From Kiritimatiellia bacterium (GTDB lineage: Bacteria; Verrucomicrobiota; Kiritimatiellia; JAAZAB01): a stretch of DNA of 64,000 nt. Under the pieces are notes generated by a model. It saw nothing but the letters and a program-made list of their open reading frames with translations, had not been told where the DNA came from and made no database searches. Numbering within the stretch: the first letter of the stretch is position 1; each line of letters begins with the position of its first letter. A program made the position numbers and the translations under genes. Below are positions 27,933 to 38,041 of this stretch, one piece after another. The DNA lies in NCBI GenBank assembly GCA_050944835.1, contig JBMNRV010000011.1:6657-70656 (forward strand). The letters run 5' to 3'.

Positions 27933-29162
27933 ATGCAAAAGAAATTCCTCGGATTCGGGTTCGGAGCTATTCAAGGCGGCTTGTTTTTATATGAGGCCTT
28001 CCAGTCGGGTAATTTTGATGAATTGACAGTGGCGGAAGTTATGCCGGAGGTAGTGCGTGACTTGCGTGAGGCCGGTGGCGTTTACCGGGTGAATGTGGCG
28101 GGACGATCCGGCATTGTCCGGCATGAAGTGCGTGGCGTCGCCGTCTGGAATTCCCGCGTTGAAGCCGATCGCGCAAAACTAGTCGCCGCCGTTGCCGAAG
28201 CGGATGAAATCGCCACGGCGTTGCCGAGTGTGGATTTTTACGGTGAAGACGCGCCTGACTCAGTCGTGAGCATCCTGGCGGAAGGCTTGCGGCTGCGGAG
28301 TGGCGCGGCCAGCCGGCCGGATTGCGTGATTTATACGGCGGAAAACAACAATCATGCGGCGGAAATCCTGTGGGAACGCTTGGAGCGCCAATTGGGTGAT
28401 GCGGCGGCATGGGCTGCCGAGCATGTGCAATGCCTCAATACCGTGATCGGCAAGATGAGCGGGGTGGTGACGGATGCGGCGCAAATCCGCGATCAGGAGT
28501 TGGCGCCATTGACGCCGAATTCGGGGCGTTGCCTGCTGGTGGAGGAGTTTAACCGCATCCTGATTACCCGTATTACCTTGCCGGGCTTCCGGCGCGGCAT
28601 TGAGGTGTTTGAGGAAAAACCGGACCTGCTGCCGTTCGAAGAGGCAAAATTGTATGGACATAACGCTACGCATGCGATGTTGGGGTACCTGGCGCGCTTG
28701 CGCGGTTTGCCGTTCATGGCTGATGTGAGCGCTGAAACCGATTTGGTGGAGTTGGCGCGTGCGGCCTTTATTGAGGAGTCCGGTGGAGCGTTGTGCCGCC
28801 GCCATGCCGGTGTGGATGATTTGTTTACCCCTGCGGGTTATACCGCCTACGCGGAGGATTTGCTGGAACGCATGCTGAACCCGCACTTGCGCGATGCTGT
28901 CGCACGCGTTGTGCGTGATCCGCAACGCAAACTCGGTTGGGATGACCGTTTGGTGGGCGTCATGCGCGCGGCATTGGCGGAAAACATCAATCCTGCGCGC
29001 TATGCGCTCGGCGCGGCCGCCGCTTTGCGCATGTTGGCCGAAGAAGACCCCGGAGCGGCATCCGGGCTGCCGGAGCAATGGCGGAAAGCCGGCGCTGAGC
29101 AGGCGGAGATGGATCGGATCATGCGTCTGATTTATAAGGCGGATGCGTCACTGCCACGCTGA
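27933..29162 (+). CDS. Mannitol-1-phosphate/polyol long-chain dehydrogenase family protein
   Basis: GFGAIQGG, TAEN, EEAKLYGHNA.HA.LGY, LRD.VARV.RDP.RKL...DRL. Confidence 0.8.
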   Translation: MQKKFLGFGFGAIQGGLFLYEAFQSGNFDELTVAEVMPEVVRDLREAGGVYRVNVAGRSGIVRHEVRGVAVWNSRVEADRAKLVAAVAEADEIATALPSVDFYGEDAPDSVVSILAEGLRLRSGAASRPDCVIYTAENNNHAAEILWERLERQLGDAAAWAAEHVQCLNTVIGKMSGVVTDAAQIRDQELAPLTPNSGRCLLVEEFNRILITRITLPGFRRGIEVFEEKPDLLPFEEAKLYGHNATHAMLGYLARLRGLPFMADVSAETDLVELARAAFIEESGGALCRRHAGVDDLFTPAGYTAYAEDLLERMLNPHLRDAVARVVRDPQRKLGWDDRLVGVMRAALAENINPARYALGAAAALRMLAEEDPGAASGLPEQWRKAGAEQAEMDRIMRLIYKADASLPR

Positions 29163-29238
29163 CCGGTGCGGCCTCGCACCGCCAGTGCGGCCTCGCACCG
29201 CCAGTGCGGCCTCGCACCTTGCCAACTGCCGTTTAAGG
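29163..29238. repeat. 3 x 19-bp tandem mini-hairpin repeat plus terminal module (L9)
   Basis: CCAGTGCGGCCTCGCACCG x3 starting right after the stop codon, then TTGCCAACTGCCGTTTAAG. Confidence 0.9.
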
Positions 29239-29403
29239 TTGAACCTTAATTAAATGCCGATTATGTAATTTTTAATTTGTGGTGAGCCGTGAGTTCTGTT
29301 AGAATCCCGATAAATGATTTTGTGTGTAATTTGCGCTTAAACCGAGACTTCCCGTGGATAATGTGGGCCGGTGCGCAAAAACGATTTGCGGAAGGGTACC
29401 AAA

Positions 29404-31341
29404 ATGCATAGCTCATTCTGTCGTAATCCCATTAGTTTCGCCTTGACATTGCTGGCTGTATTAACGGCTTGGCTGTTGTCGGCCGCGCCAGCCCGGGGTG
29501 GACTGCTGGTGGAGCCGGTAAGTTTTTCACAGACTGTGATGGCTGGAATAAATCCGGACGCGGACAATTTATGCCTTGCGAACGCGAGCACAGTGGGGAC
29601 TGTGCATTACGGCGCCGCAGTAACGGCGGGTGGTGAATGGTTTACACTGGGTGAGTCAGCGCAAGGCGCACTATCGCCGGGAGAGACGGGCGTTCTGGCG
29701 GTGGTATATAACGCGGCTGACTTGGATCCGGGGCAATACAATGGCACAATTCTGTTGACGAACGCGGTGGTTGAGCCCGGAATGACGAATTTTGGGCCAC
29801 CGCGCGAGTTGCCGGTGCGGTTGCTTGTAAATCCGCGTCCGGAGTTATGCGTGAGCACGAACCTGATCAGTAATACTGTGAGCGAAGGCGAGGATGCGCC
29901 GCCGCGGATTTTCCAGGTGTGGAACGGAAGCGGTTATTATACTTTGACATACACTATTTCCGATAATGCGTTATGGGTGATACCGGACGTTACCAGCGGG
30001 ACTTGTACAACGGAACATGATGTGATTACGCTGGAATATAGCACGGCGGGACTGGCACAGGGAAGTTACACTGGGCTGTTGACGGTGACGGCATCGGAAC
30101 CCGTGGGCGAGGTGAAGTCACGGGATATCGTGCTGCGGCTGAATGTCACGGGGCTGGCGGGGCTTGGGTGTGATGGAAAGGAGCAGACATACAACCTGCG
30201 CCAAGGATCCGGCGCGGTGACGGGCAGTTTCAAAGTGTGGAACACAGTGAGCAGCGCGGGGACGTCGTTGCGATGGAACACGACCGTGCTTCCCGAGCAG
30301 ACGCCATGGTTGACTGTGAGTCCCAGCGCCGGGGAAGTTGCAGCGGGCAGTGCGCCACAGAAGGTGGTGGTACGTTGCAATCCAAAGGAAAAGAAGCCTG
30401 GTAGTTACAGGGCCTTGGTGCGGGTCTCCGGCGTGGATACACTGACGGGACGGGCGGCGCGTGGCTCACCGTATGACATTTACATCGGTATGGTGGTGCG
30501 TACTTCTGACCGGTTGTATTTCGGAGGCGATTATGGATCGGCTTTGATAGTTTATGGGCAAGAAACAGGCAACTGGGGGCTGGGGAATTTGAGCGGTGAG
30601 CAGTACTGGACATGGTTCGGTGGTGAAGGCTACGTGCCGGTTCCCGGAGACTACGATGGCGATGGAATCGCAGAATTGGGCGTTTATCGGGCGTCCAGTG
30701 GCGGCTGGTATTGGCGGAAGCTGGGAAGCGAAAATATATTCATGCTGGGAAATTGGGGCGGTCCGGGATATCGTCCGATACAAGGCGACTTTGACGGGGA
30801 CGGATTGCAGGATTTTGTGCTCTACCACGAGGGGATGGGGCAATGGTATGCATTGCTCTCAACGTATGGTTTTCAAGGTGGAGTGCAGATCAATTTCGGC
30901 GGCCCGGGATGCATAGCGATGCACGGTGATTTTGATGGCGACGGCAAAGCGGACCCGGCGGTATATCATCCTGCCAGTGGCACATGGCATGGCTTGGCAT
31001 CAAGTTTGAATTATAGATACCTGCATGGCCCATTCGGCGGCCCGGAATACACGGGATTGACCGGTGATTTTAACGGCGACGGACACACGGATTTGTGTCT
31101 CTACCATGTCAGTGGACGCTGGTATATCCTGTCGGTGGGCGGCAGATTGTTGCTGAACGGCGACTGGTGGGGTGGGCCAGGCTGGACGCCCGTGGTGGCG
31201 GACTATGATGGCGACGGTGCGGACGATTTGGCAATATATGACAAACCAAGCGGTCGTTGGCGTATTCGCCGTCGTGACGGTACGATCATTGCCTGGGATA
31301 TACGCCTCGGCGGTGGCGTCTATGATGCCGTCGGCAAATAA
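29404..31341 (+). CDS. Secreted BACON/Ig-like plus FG-GAP/VCBS repeat protein
   Basis: Signal peptide; three W-containing Ig-like units ending in G.Y.G; five GDxDGDG repeats. Confidence 0.85.
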   Translation: MHSSFCRNPISFALTLLAVLTAWLLSAAPARGGLLVEPVSFSQTVMAGINPDADNLCLANASTVGTVHYGAAVTAGGEWFTLGESAQGALSPGETGVLAVVYNAADLDPGQYNGTILLTNAVVEPGMTNFGPPRELPVRLLVNPRPELCVSTNLISNTVSEGEDAPPRIFQVWNGSGYYTLTYTISDNALWVIPDVTSGTCTTEHDVITLEYSTAGLAQGSYTGLLTVTASEPVGEVKSRDIVLRLNVTGLAGLGCDGKEQTYNLRQGSGAVTGSFKVWNTVSSAGTSLRWNTTVLPEQTPWLTVSPSAGEVAAGSAPQKVVVRCNPKEKKPGSYRALVRVSGVDTLTGRAARGSPYDIYIGMVVRTSDRLYFGGDYGSALIVYGQETGNWGLGNLSGEQYWTWFGGEGYVPVPGDYDGDGIAELGVYRASSGGWYWRKLGSENIFMLGNWGGPGYRPIQGDFDGDGLQDFVLYHEGMGQWYALLSTYGFQGGVQINFGGPGCIAMHGDFDGDGKADPAVYHPASGTWHGLASSLNYRYLHGPFGGPEYTGLTGDFNGDGHTDLCLYHVSGRWYILSVGGRLLLNGDWWGGPGWTPVVADYDGDGADDLAIYDKPSGRWRIRRRDGTIIAWDIRLGGGVYDAVGK

Positions 31342-31398
31342 CTCCACTGCTATGGCGCTGGAATTCTCTGATCCGCCGCTGGAAAGACCCAGTACACG

Positions 31399-32337
31399 AT
31401 GATATTGCACGATATTACGCAAGCTGTTGGCCATACACCGCTTGTGCGCATTCGGAAAGTGATTTCCGGCGGCGCTGTGGTGCTGGCCAAAATGGAAAGC
31501 CGCAATCCTTTGGCTTCGATCAAGGATCGTGTCGGCGTGGCTATGATTGACGCGGCCGAACGCGACGGCACACTTAATCCGGGTTCGCTGTTAGTGGAGC
31601 CTACCAGCGGAAATACCGGAATTGCCTTAGCCTTTGCGGCGGCGGCGCGCGGGTATCGCCTGATTCTCACCATGCCGGAATCCATGAGCATCGAACGGCG
31701 TAAAGTGCTGAAGGCCTTGGGCGCGGAAGTGGTTTTAACGCCAGCCGACGCCGGCATGCGCGGGTCCATTGATAAGGCTAATGAGATTGTGGCTGCGGAA
31801 AAAAACGCTTTTATGCCGCAGCAATTTGAAAATCCGGTCAACGCGGACATTCACCGACGCACTACCGCTGAAGAAATCTGGGCGGACACAGATGGCAAGG
31901 TGGATATTTTGATCAGCGCTGTGGGCACGGGTGGAACCATAACCGGGGTGGCCGAGGCGCTGAAAGCTCGCAAACCGGAATTCAAAGCGATTGCGGTTGA
32001 GCCGGCGCAAAGCCCGGTCATCAGCCAGGCTTTGGCGGGCAAACCGTTGCAGCCGGGGCCGCACCAGATACAGGGTATCGGCGCCGGTTTTATCCCAAAA
32101 GTTTTAAACTTGAAAATCGTGGATGAGGCGGTTCCGGTTGACCAGGCTGAAGCTATGGAATATGCGCGCCGCGCCGCGCGCGAGGAAGGTTTGTTCGTAG
32201 GCATTTCCAGCGGCGCGGCCCTGTGCGCTGCCGCCACCGTGGCACGGCGTCCGGAAAATCGCAATCGGATGATCGTGGCGATTATGCCCAGTTTCGGCGA
32301 GCGCTATCTGTCCTCGCCGCTGTTTGATGGGGTGTGA
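31399..32337 (+). CDS. cysK: Cysteine synthase A
   Basis: [37 protein letters not shown]. Confidence 0.96.
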   Translation: MILHDITQAVGHTPLVRIRKVISGGAVVLAKMESRNPLASIKDRVGVAMIDAAERDGTLNPGSLLVEPTSGNTGIALAFAAAARGYRLILTMPESMSIERRKVLKALGAEVVLTPADAGMRGSIDKANEIVAAEKNAFMPQQFENPVNADIHRRTTAEEIWADTDGKVDILISAVGTGGTITGVAEALKARKPEFKAIAVEPAQSPVISQALAGKPLQPGPHQIQGIGAGFIPKVLNLKIVDEAVPVDQAEAMEYARRAAREEGLFVGISSGAALCAAATVARRPENRNRMIVAIMPSFGERYLSSPLFDGV

Positions 32338-32342
32338 GGGAT

Positions 32343-32469
32343 GAACCACGGATGGACACTGATGGACACGGATAGGGTTGAACTACCAAGCCAAACTTCC
32401 TCCTACATCCGCGTTCATTTTCTCCTCAACATTTTATTTTGTTTCCTGAATTTCAAATGCCGTTTTTAG
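32343..32469. repeat. Modular repeat cluster L10
   Basis: GAACCACGGATGGACACTGATGGACACGGAT and terminal GTTTCCTGAATTTCAAATGCCGTTTTTAG. Confidence 0.85.
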
Positions 32470-32580
32470 GAAACAGGACTTACTCCAAAAAATCGGAAGC
32501 AGTTATATATAATCTCTTGTAAACAAACGACATGTTCTTTTTACGGGTATGCTTGGAAGTGGAAAAGTGGTTTTCTGGAA

Positions 32581-32876
32581 TAGCCCCAACGGGGCATGAT
32601 ATACCCCCGCCATTGCGGGTAAGCATTCCAAGGCAACGCCTTGAATGGGATAGCCCCAACGGGGCGTTACATACCCCGCCATTGCGGGCAAGCATTCTAG
32701 GGCAACGCCCTCGGTTAGGGTCCCAACAATTCACATTAGCCCTTATAGGGCGTGACATATTTGTATTCAACTGGTCTGAAGGTTCTCTATGTCACGCCCT
32801 TTCAGGGCTGTTTTCATATTTTTCCGTTAATCCCAGGGCGTTGCCCTGGGCTGGTATGTCATGCCCTTTCAGGGCT
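32581..32876. repeat. REP/REPIN-like palindrome cluster
   Basis: 70-bp tandem duplication (32581, 32651); AGCCC..GGGC and AGGGCAACGCCCT palindromes arranged symmetrically. Confidence 0.8.
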
Positions 32877-32958
32877 GCGCGGATTGGTCTTTGAGTAATG
32901 ACCAGATTTTTTGGGAAAGTCCTCTTTTAGGAACTGTTTGACTATATGGTGCCAATCT

Positions 32959-33738
32959 ATGAAGCCGGATAAACGTCGTCAGCAAATTATAGATCGGTTG
33001 CGGGCGGTGCCGCAGGAGTGGAGTGTCGAAGAGTTGGCGCATGCCATGCAGGTGTCGCCTTTGACTATCCGGCGTGACTTAGACCTTTTAGCAAAAAAAG
33101 GGGCTGTCGTTCGTACTATCGGCGGCTGTCTGGCTGTCTGGCGGTTGCATCATGCGGATTATCGTGACCGGGTGGCGAATAATTTTGCGCTTAAACAAGC
33201 AATCGGACGCGCTGCAGCTCGGGAAGTCCATCCCGGCGATGTGCTGTTGATCAGCGATGGCTCGACTGCCTATCACTTGGCTTCCTGTCTCGGAACAAGC
33301 GGCCCTTTGTCTGTTTACACCAATTCCGTTGCGATGATCGGTGAATTGCGGCGGTTCGATAATGTGCGGCTCTATGTTCTGGGCGGCGAATATAACACCC
33401 GTTTTTCGTTTCTGGGCGGGGCGCTCTTGCAAAAATCATTGGAAAACCTGACAGCTGACAAGGTGTTTGTCGGTGCGGACGCCATTGACGACCAGGGGCG
33501 GTGTTTGACTACAGATCAGGAAACTGCGCACACAGCGGCGTTAATGTTGGGCCGCGGCCGCCGCAAAATTTTGCTGGCCGACCACACCAAAGTCCGGAAC
33601 GACGGCGGAGTGGCCTACGGTTCGTTGCGGGATTTCGATTTGTGGATCACTTCCGCCGGCCCTGAATCGAAAATCATGTCGTCGTTGAAAAAAATGACGC
33701 ACGTCCTGACAGCCACCGCTAACGACAAAGCGTTTTGA
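32959..33738 (+). CDS. DeoR/GlpR family transcriptional regulator
   Basis: VSPLTIRRDL HTH, KQAIG..AA, DGST, TNS, LADHTK. Confidence 0.92.
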   Translation: MKPDKRRQQIIDRLRAVPQEWSVEELAHAMQVSPLTIRRDLDLLAKKGAVVRTIGGCLAVWRLHHADYRDRVANNFALKQAIGRAAAREVHPGDVLLISDGSTAYHLASCLGTSGPLSVYTNSVAMIGELRRFDNVRLYVLGGEYNTRFSFLGGALLQKSLENLTADKVFVGADAIDDQGRCLTTDQETAHTAALMLGRGRRKILLADHTKVRNDGGVAYGSLRDFDLWITSAGPESKIMSSLKKMTHVLTATANDKAF

Positions 33739-33750
33739 TTGCTGCGGGAA

Positions 33751-34056
33751 GAACCACGGAAGTAACCGCCGATGGGCGCGGATTTACGCAGATGATGGGA
33801 TGAACCACGGATAAACACGGATGGACACAGATGGGGAAAGGGGAGGAGAAAGTTAACCGCAGATTAGCGTTGATAATTAGCCACAAAGATGCAGAAAACA
33901 CCCGTTGCCACGCCCTCCCTTTCCGTGTATTCAGAGTATTCCGTGGTTCCAACAAAAACCACAGACCACACGGACCACACGGAAAGCACAAGATTTTCAG
34001 ATTACTAATGCCTGCCGCACCCTCCCTTTTCGTGTATTCATTGTATTCCGTGGTTC
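33751..34056. repeat. Modular repeat cluster L12
   Basis: AACCACGG, AACCGCAGAT and AGCCACAAAG modules; TTCCGTGGTT inverted modules twice. Confidence 0.85.
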
Positions 34057-34080
34057 CTTCCCTTCGCGATTTTTTCGGTC

Positions 34081-34102
34081 AAATATTGATCTTGTGGGAT
34101 GA
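34081..34102. promoter_or_regulatory. Candidate operator AAATATTGATCTTGTGGGATG
   Basis: Copy of the 27886/35816 motif upstream of the aminotransferase. Confidence 0.45.
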
Positions 34103-34172
34103 TGCTGAAAAAAAGCTTGTTTTTTTGTTTATATTTGATTATTTTGTTCATAGTTTTTGAAATAAAAATACA

Positions 34173-35570
34173 ATGCGTTTTATGGAGGACAGAGTGAAAA
34201 GGCAGATTAAAATTGATTGGGCGAAGGTTGATTTAAACAAATATCCGCATCTGGTAACTAAGGAAATTCCAGGCCCGCGTTCGGTTGAAATGCACGGGCG
34301 CGCCGCGGAAATCATGAAGGGGTATTCCGGGCAGGTAAAGCTTTTCCCGGTGGCGTTTGAAAAGGGGCATGGCGTTACCCTGACCGACGTGGATGGAAAT
34401 ATTTATCTGGATTTTTCCTCCGGTATATATGTCACCACGCTTGGCCATTGCCATCCCAAAGTGACGGAAGCCGTGCAAAAATATGCCGGGCAATTAATGA
34501 ATTGCCATGATTTCACAACGCCTATTAAATTAAAACTGCTCGAAAAACTGGTCGCTATTCTGCCAGGTGACTTATCCGGCATACAATTATATGATAGCGG
34601 CACTACGGCAGTGGAAGCTGGGTTGCGGGTCTGCCGCATGGCCACCGGCAAGCATGAATTGCTTTCCTGCTACGGCGACTTCCACGGCAAAAGCGGGCAT
34701 GCCGTCAGCCTGGCGCGTATGACTCGCGCCAATGGTCCTACGCGCACACCGGGATTCTACATGATGCCGCGTCCGAATCCATACCGTCCGTTATTCAAAA
34801 AGCCGGATGGGACGATAGATACTGATGCTTATTTGGATTTTTATGATGAATTCATTAAAGAAGCCACTACCAATCAGATAGCGGCGATTGTATTGGAGCC
34901 GATACAGGGGTGGGCTGGATCAATCTTTCCGCCTGATGATTTCTTCCCTAAACTGCGCCGCTGGTGCGATGAGCGCAAGATTCTGTTGTTTGCCGATGAA
35001 GTTCTGACTTCCATGGGGCGTACCGGCACATACTTGGCGATGGAACACTGGGACACCTTGCCGGATATAGTGACCCTCGGTAAGGGATTTGGCAACGGGT
35101 TCCCGGTGACGGCTATGGTCGTCCGTAAGCCCTATGCCGAAGCGGTGAACTCCATCAGCGCTTCCACCAGCTATGGCGGCAATCCGATGGCTTGTGCCGC
35201 CGCCTTGGCATCCATTGAGGCGATTGAAGAGGAAGGCCTGCTGGAAAATGTCAAACGGCTTGAGGATTATTTTATCCCGCGCTTGGAAAAAATGAAACAA
35301 ACTCATCCTATTATTGGCGATGTCCGCTGCAAGGGCTGCCTGATGGGGATTGAACTGGTCAAGGACCGTGGCACCAAGGAGCCATTTGATGAAGCCGGGC
35401 GGGAAGTGTATCAACGCGCCTTCCGCAAAGGGCTGGCTTGGATTCCGGCTGGGCACATCCTGCGCATGAGCCCGCCGATTGTAATGGATCTGGAAACCGC
35501 CGCCAAATGCATGGATATGATTGATGAAGCCATCGGCGAGACGGAGCAGGCGTTGGGGTTTGGGAAATAG
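34173..35570 (+). CDS. Class III PLP aminotransferase
   Basis: DVDGN.YLDF, SGTTAVE, FHGKS, EPIQG, ADEV..SMGRTG, PDIVTLGKG; start may be 34182 or 34194. Confidence 0.93.
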   Translation: MRFMEDRVKRQIKIDWAKVDLNKYPHLVTKEIPGPRSVEMHGRAAEIMKGYSGQVKLFPVAFEKGHGVTLTDVDGNIYLDFSSGIYVTTLGHCHPKVTEAVQKYAGQLMNCHDFTTPIKLKLLEKLVAILPGDLSGIQLYDSGTTAVEAGLRVCRMATGKHELLSCYGDFHGKSGHAVSLARMTRANGPTRTPGFYMMPRPNPYRPLFKKPDGTIDTDAYLDFYDEFIKEATTNQIAAIVLEPIQGWAGSIFPPDDFFPKLRRWCDERKILLFADEVLTSMGRTGTYLAMEHWDTLPDIVTLGKGFGNGFPVTAMVVRKPYAEAVNSISASTSYGGNPMACAAALASIEAIEEEGLLENVKRLEDYFIPRLEKMKQTHPIIGDVRCKGCLMGIELVKDRGTKEPFDEAGREVYQRAFRKGLAWIPAGHILRMSPPIVMDLETAAKCMDMIDEAIGETEQALGFGK

Positions 35571-35795
35571 CCACAAGGGGGAGGAGAAAGTAAACCGCAG
35601 ATTTACGCAGATTGGCGCAGATAATCAGCCACAAAGATGCAAAAAAAGCACAAAGGGGGAGTGTGTCACGCAGATGTGTGAGCCACACTGGCGGTGTGAG
35701 CCACACTGGCGGTGTGAGCCACACTGGCGGTGCGAGCCACACTGGCGGTGCGAGCCACACTCCCTGCCGTCCCTTCCGCCCCTGCTGTCCCTTCC
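35568..35795. repeat. Modular cluster L13 with 5 x 18-bp tandem repeat (35676-35761)
   Basis: GTGYGAGCCACACTGGCG x5 (last copy partial) after AGCCACAA and AACCGCAGAT modules. Confidence 0.9.
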
Positions 35796-35815
35796 ACGTG
35801 TGTAAAATTTATGAT

Positions 35816-35836
35816 AAATATTCATCCTATGGGATG
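35816..35836. promoter_or_regulatory. Candidate operator AAATATTCATCCTATGGGATG
   Basis: CATCC-TATG-GGATG inverted repeat, ~22 bp before the TTG start. Confidence 0.5.
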
Positions 35837-35858
35837 CTAGTTATTTGAGGAGATTATA

Positions 35859-37001
35859 TTGCAAACAGTAAAATTTGGTATTATCGGAGCGGGCTTGATG
35901 GGACGTGAGTTCGCCAGCGCGGCGGCGCGGTGGGCGCATTTAATGGGCGATTTGCCACGTCCAGAAATTGTGGCTGTCTGCAATCGCAGCGCTGCAAAAT
36001 TCGATTGGTATCGCGCAAATTTTCCGCATATCAATCTTTATACCCATGATTACCGCGAATTGCTGGCGCGGTCGGATATTGACGCGGTTTATGTCGCGGT
36101 GCCCCATGACCTGCATGAGGAAATCTATTGCGCCACCGTCGCGGCCGGCAAACATCTCATGGGGGAGAAACCGTTTGGTATAGATCTGGCCGCCAATCAA
36201 GCCATTATGAAATGCTTGGGCGATCATCCTGATGTGACGGCGCGGTGCGCTTCGGAATTTCCGTTCTTCCCGGCCATGCAACGTATCTGTGGCATGATCG
36301 AGTCCGGGGCATTTGGGCGCATAATCGAAGTCAATGCCGCGTTTATGCATTCCAGCGACCTTGATCCGGAAAAACCTATCAACTGGAAACGCATGGTGGA
36401 GATCAATGGCGAATATGGTGTGATGGGCGATTTGGGGATGCATGTCTGTCATGTGCCGTTTCGCGCCGGCTGGCGGCCGCGGAATGTACGGGCTATATTG
36501 TCGGATATAGTTTCCGAGCGCCCGGATGGCAAAGGCGGGCGCGTGCCATGCCGGACTTGGGATAATGCTGTTATGCTGTGCGAGACGGCTGATCAGGGCG
36601 GCAGAGTTTTCCCTATGACGCTGAAGACGCACCGGATTGCTCCCGGCGAGAAAAACACTTGGAGTTTTGAAGTTCTGGGGGTCAAGGCCTGTGCCCGGTT
36701 TTCCACCAAGAACCCAAAACGCCTGGAGCTGATGGAATACAAGGGCGGGGAGCAGGTCTGGCAGCAAATTGATACAGGGTATGAGGCTGCTTATCCAACG
36801 GTTACCGGCGGCATCTTCGAGTTTGGATTTACCGATGCCATTCTGCAGATGTGGGCGGCGTTTTTGTATGAATTGCATTATAAGAAACCGCTGAAAAAAT
36901 TTGCCGGATGCGTTACCCCGGCGGAAGCGGCCTTGAGCCATAAGCTTTTTACGGCGGCATTGCAATCGCAGGCGGAAAACGCTACGGTGGCGATTGATTA
37001 A
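35859..37001 (+). CDS. Gfo/Idh/MocA family oxidoreductase
   Basis: GIIGAGLMG, GKHLMGEKP, GDLGMH; TTG start with RBS GAGGAG. Confidence 0.9.
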   Translation: MQTVKFGIIGAGLMGREFASAAARWAHLMGDLPRPEIVAVCNRSAAKFDWYRANFPHINLYTHDYRELLARSDIDAVYVAVPHDLHEEIYCATVAAGKHLMGEKPFGIDLAANQAIMKCLGDHPDVTARCASEFPFFPAMQRICGMIESGAFGRIIEVNAAFMHSSDLDPEKPINWKRMVEINGEYGVMGDLGMHVCHVPFRAGWRPRNVRAILSDIVSERPDGKGGRVPCRTWDNAVMLCETADQGGRVFPMTLKTHRIAPGEKNTWSFEVLGVKACARFSTKNPKRLELMEYKGGEQVWQQIDTGYEAAYPTVTGGIFEFGFTDAILQMWAAFLYELHYKKPLKKFAGCVTPAEAALSHKLFTAALQSQAENATVAID

Positions 37002-37079
37002 GAAAGAAAAGATTGGCAGGGGGATAGGTTAACCGCCAAGAGCGCTAAGGTGGCGTTGATCAATAATAAAAGGAGAGAC

Positions 37080-37889
37080 ATGCAGAACATTAAATTCGAA
37101 CGTTTGTTCAACCGGGGTGAGCGGGCGGTGATTGTAGCTATGGACCATTGCGAGTTTGACGGTCCAATACCAGGGATGATCAATCTGGCGGAGACGGCGG
37201 CGAAGGTTGACCCGATAGTGGATGGCATTCTGATGTCGCCGGCCATGGTGCCGCATTGCCGGAATGCTTTTAATTACAAAGGCGCGCCTTTGGCTGTAGT
37301 GCGGCTGAATTGGAGCACGGTATATTGCTATCAGTGGGAATATAAGGATTCGGTCACTGTCCCGGCTTTCAGCCCGGCGGAAGCGTTGCGATTGGGCGCG
37401 GATGTGGCGCTGATTTCACTCACGCTGGAAACCGGCAGTGAGGCGAATGATGCCCGCAATGTCGAAGTGTTCCGCAATCTTTGCGCGGCTGCAAAAGACT
37501 TGGGTATGCCGGTGATAGGCGAGTATTATCCAGCCGATCCGGACAGCCTTACAGCGGAAGAGCTGCACGCCAAAGTATATACCTGCGCCCGGATCATTGC
37601 GGAGTTAGGCGCTGATTTAATCAAAACTTTTTATACCTGTAAATTTAAAGAAGTTACGCGGAGCTGTCCTGTGCCGGTGCTGGGGTTGGGGGCGGCTCGC
37701 TGCCCGACACAATTGGAGGCCTTGCAGCTGGCGGCCGACGAAGTGCGCGACGGCGCCGGTGGTGTTGTGTTCGGACGTAATGCCGTGCAGGTGCGTGATC
37801 CGGCGGCTTTCCAACGCGCGTTGTGCGATGTTGTCAAACGCAATGTCAAACCGGCTGCTGCTGTGCGGAAATACAAGTTGAAAGATTAA
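37080..37889 (+). CDS. Class I (DhnA/LsrF-type) aldolase
   Basis: VAMDH, AELGADLIKT Schiff-base Lys, VFGRN; RBS AGGAG. Confidence 0.88.
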   Translation: MQNIKFERLFNRGERAVIVAMDHCEFDGPIPGMINLAETAAKVDPIVDGILMSPAMVPHCRNAFNYKGAPLAVVRLNWSTVYCYQWEYKDSVTVPAFSPAEALRLGADVALISLTLETGSEANDARNVEVFRNLCAAAKDLGMPVIGEYYPADPDSLTAEELHAKVYTCARIIAELGADLIKTFYTCKFKEVTRSCPVPVLGLGAARCPTQLEALQLAADEVRDGAGGVVFGRNAVQVRDPAAFQRALCDVVKRNVKPAAAVRKYKLKD

Positions 37890-37911
37890 CATGTGCCGCG
37901 GCGGTGTGCCC

Positions 37912-38036
37912 CTGCCAAGATGCCAAGAACGCCAAGGAGGCGGAAGGGGGTTAGCCACAAAGAGGCACAAGATGCACAAGGTGATAGGAGAATTAAACCG
38001 CAGATTGACGCAGATGGAGAGGGGATTAGCTACAAG
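37912..38036. repeat. Modular repeat cluster L15
   Basis: GCCAAG x3, TTAGCCACAAAGAGGCACAAGATGCACAAG, AAACCGCAGATTGACGCAGAT. Confidence 0.85.
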
Positions 38037-38041
38037 TATTT

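Noticed and set aside
32480-32894. Possible IS200/RAYT transposase remnant in ORFs over the REP-like cluster
   Set aside because: No HUH or catalytic Tyr motif is recognisable; the ORFs just translate the palindromes.
35676-35761. Tandem 18/19-bp repeats or module F as a CRISPR array
   Set aside because: No unique spacers between tandem units, F copies are kilobases apart in both orientations, and no cas genes are present.
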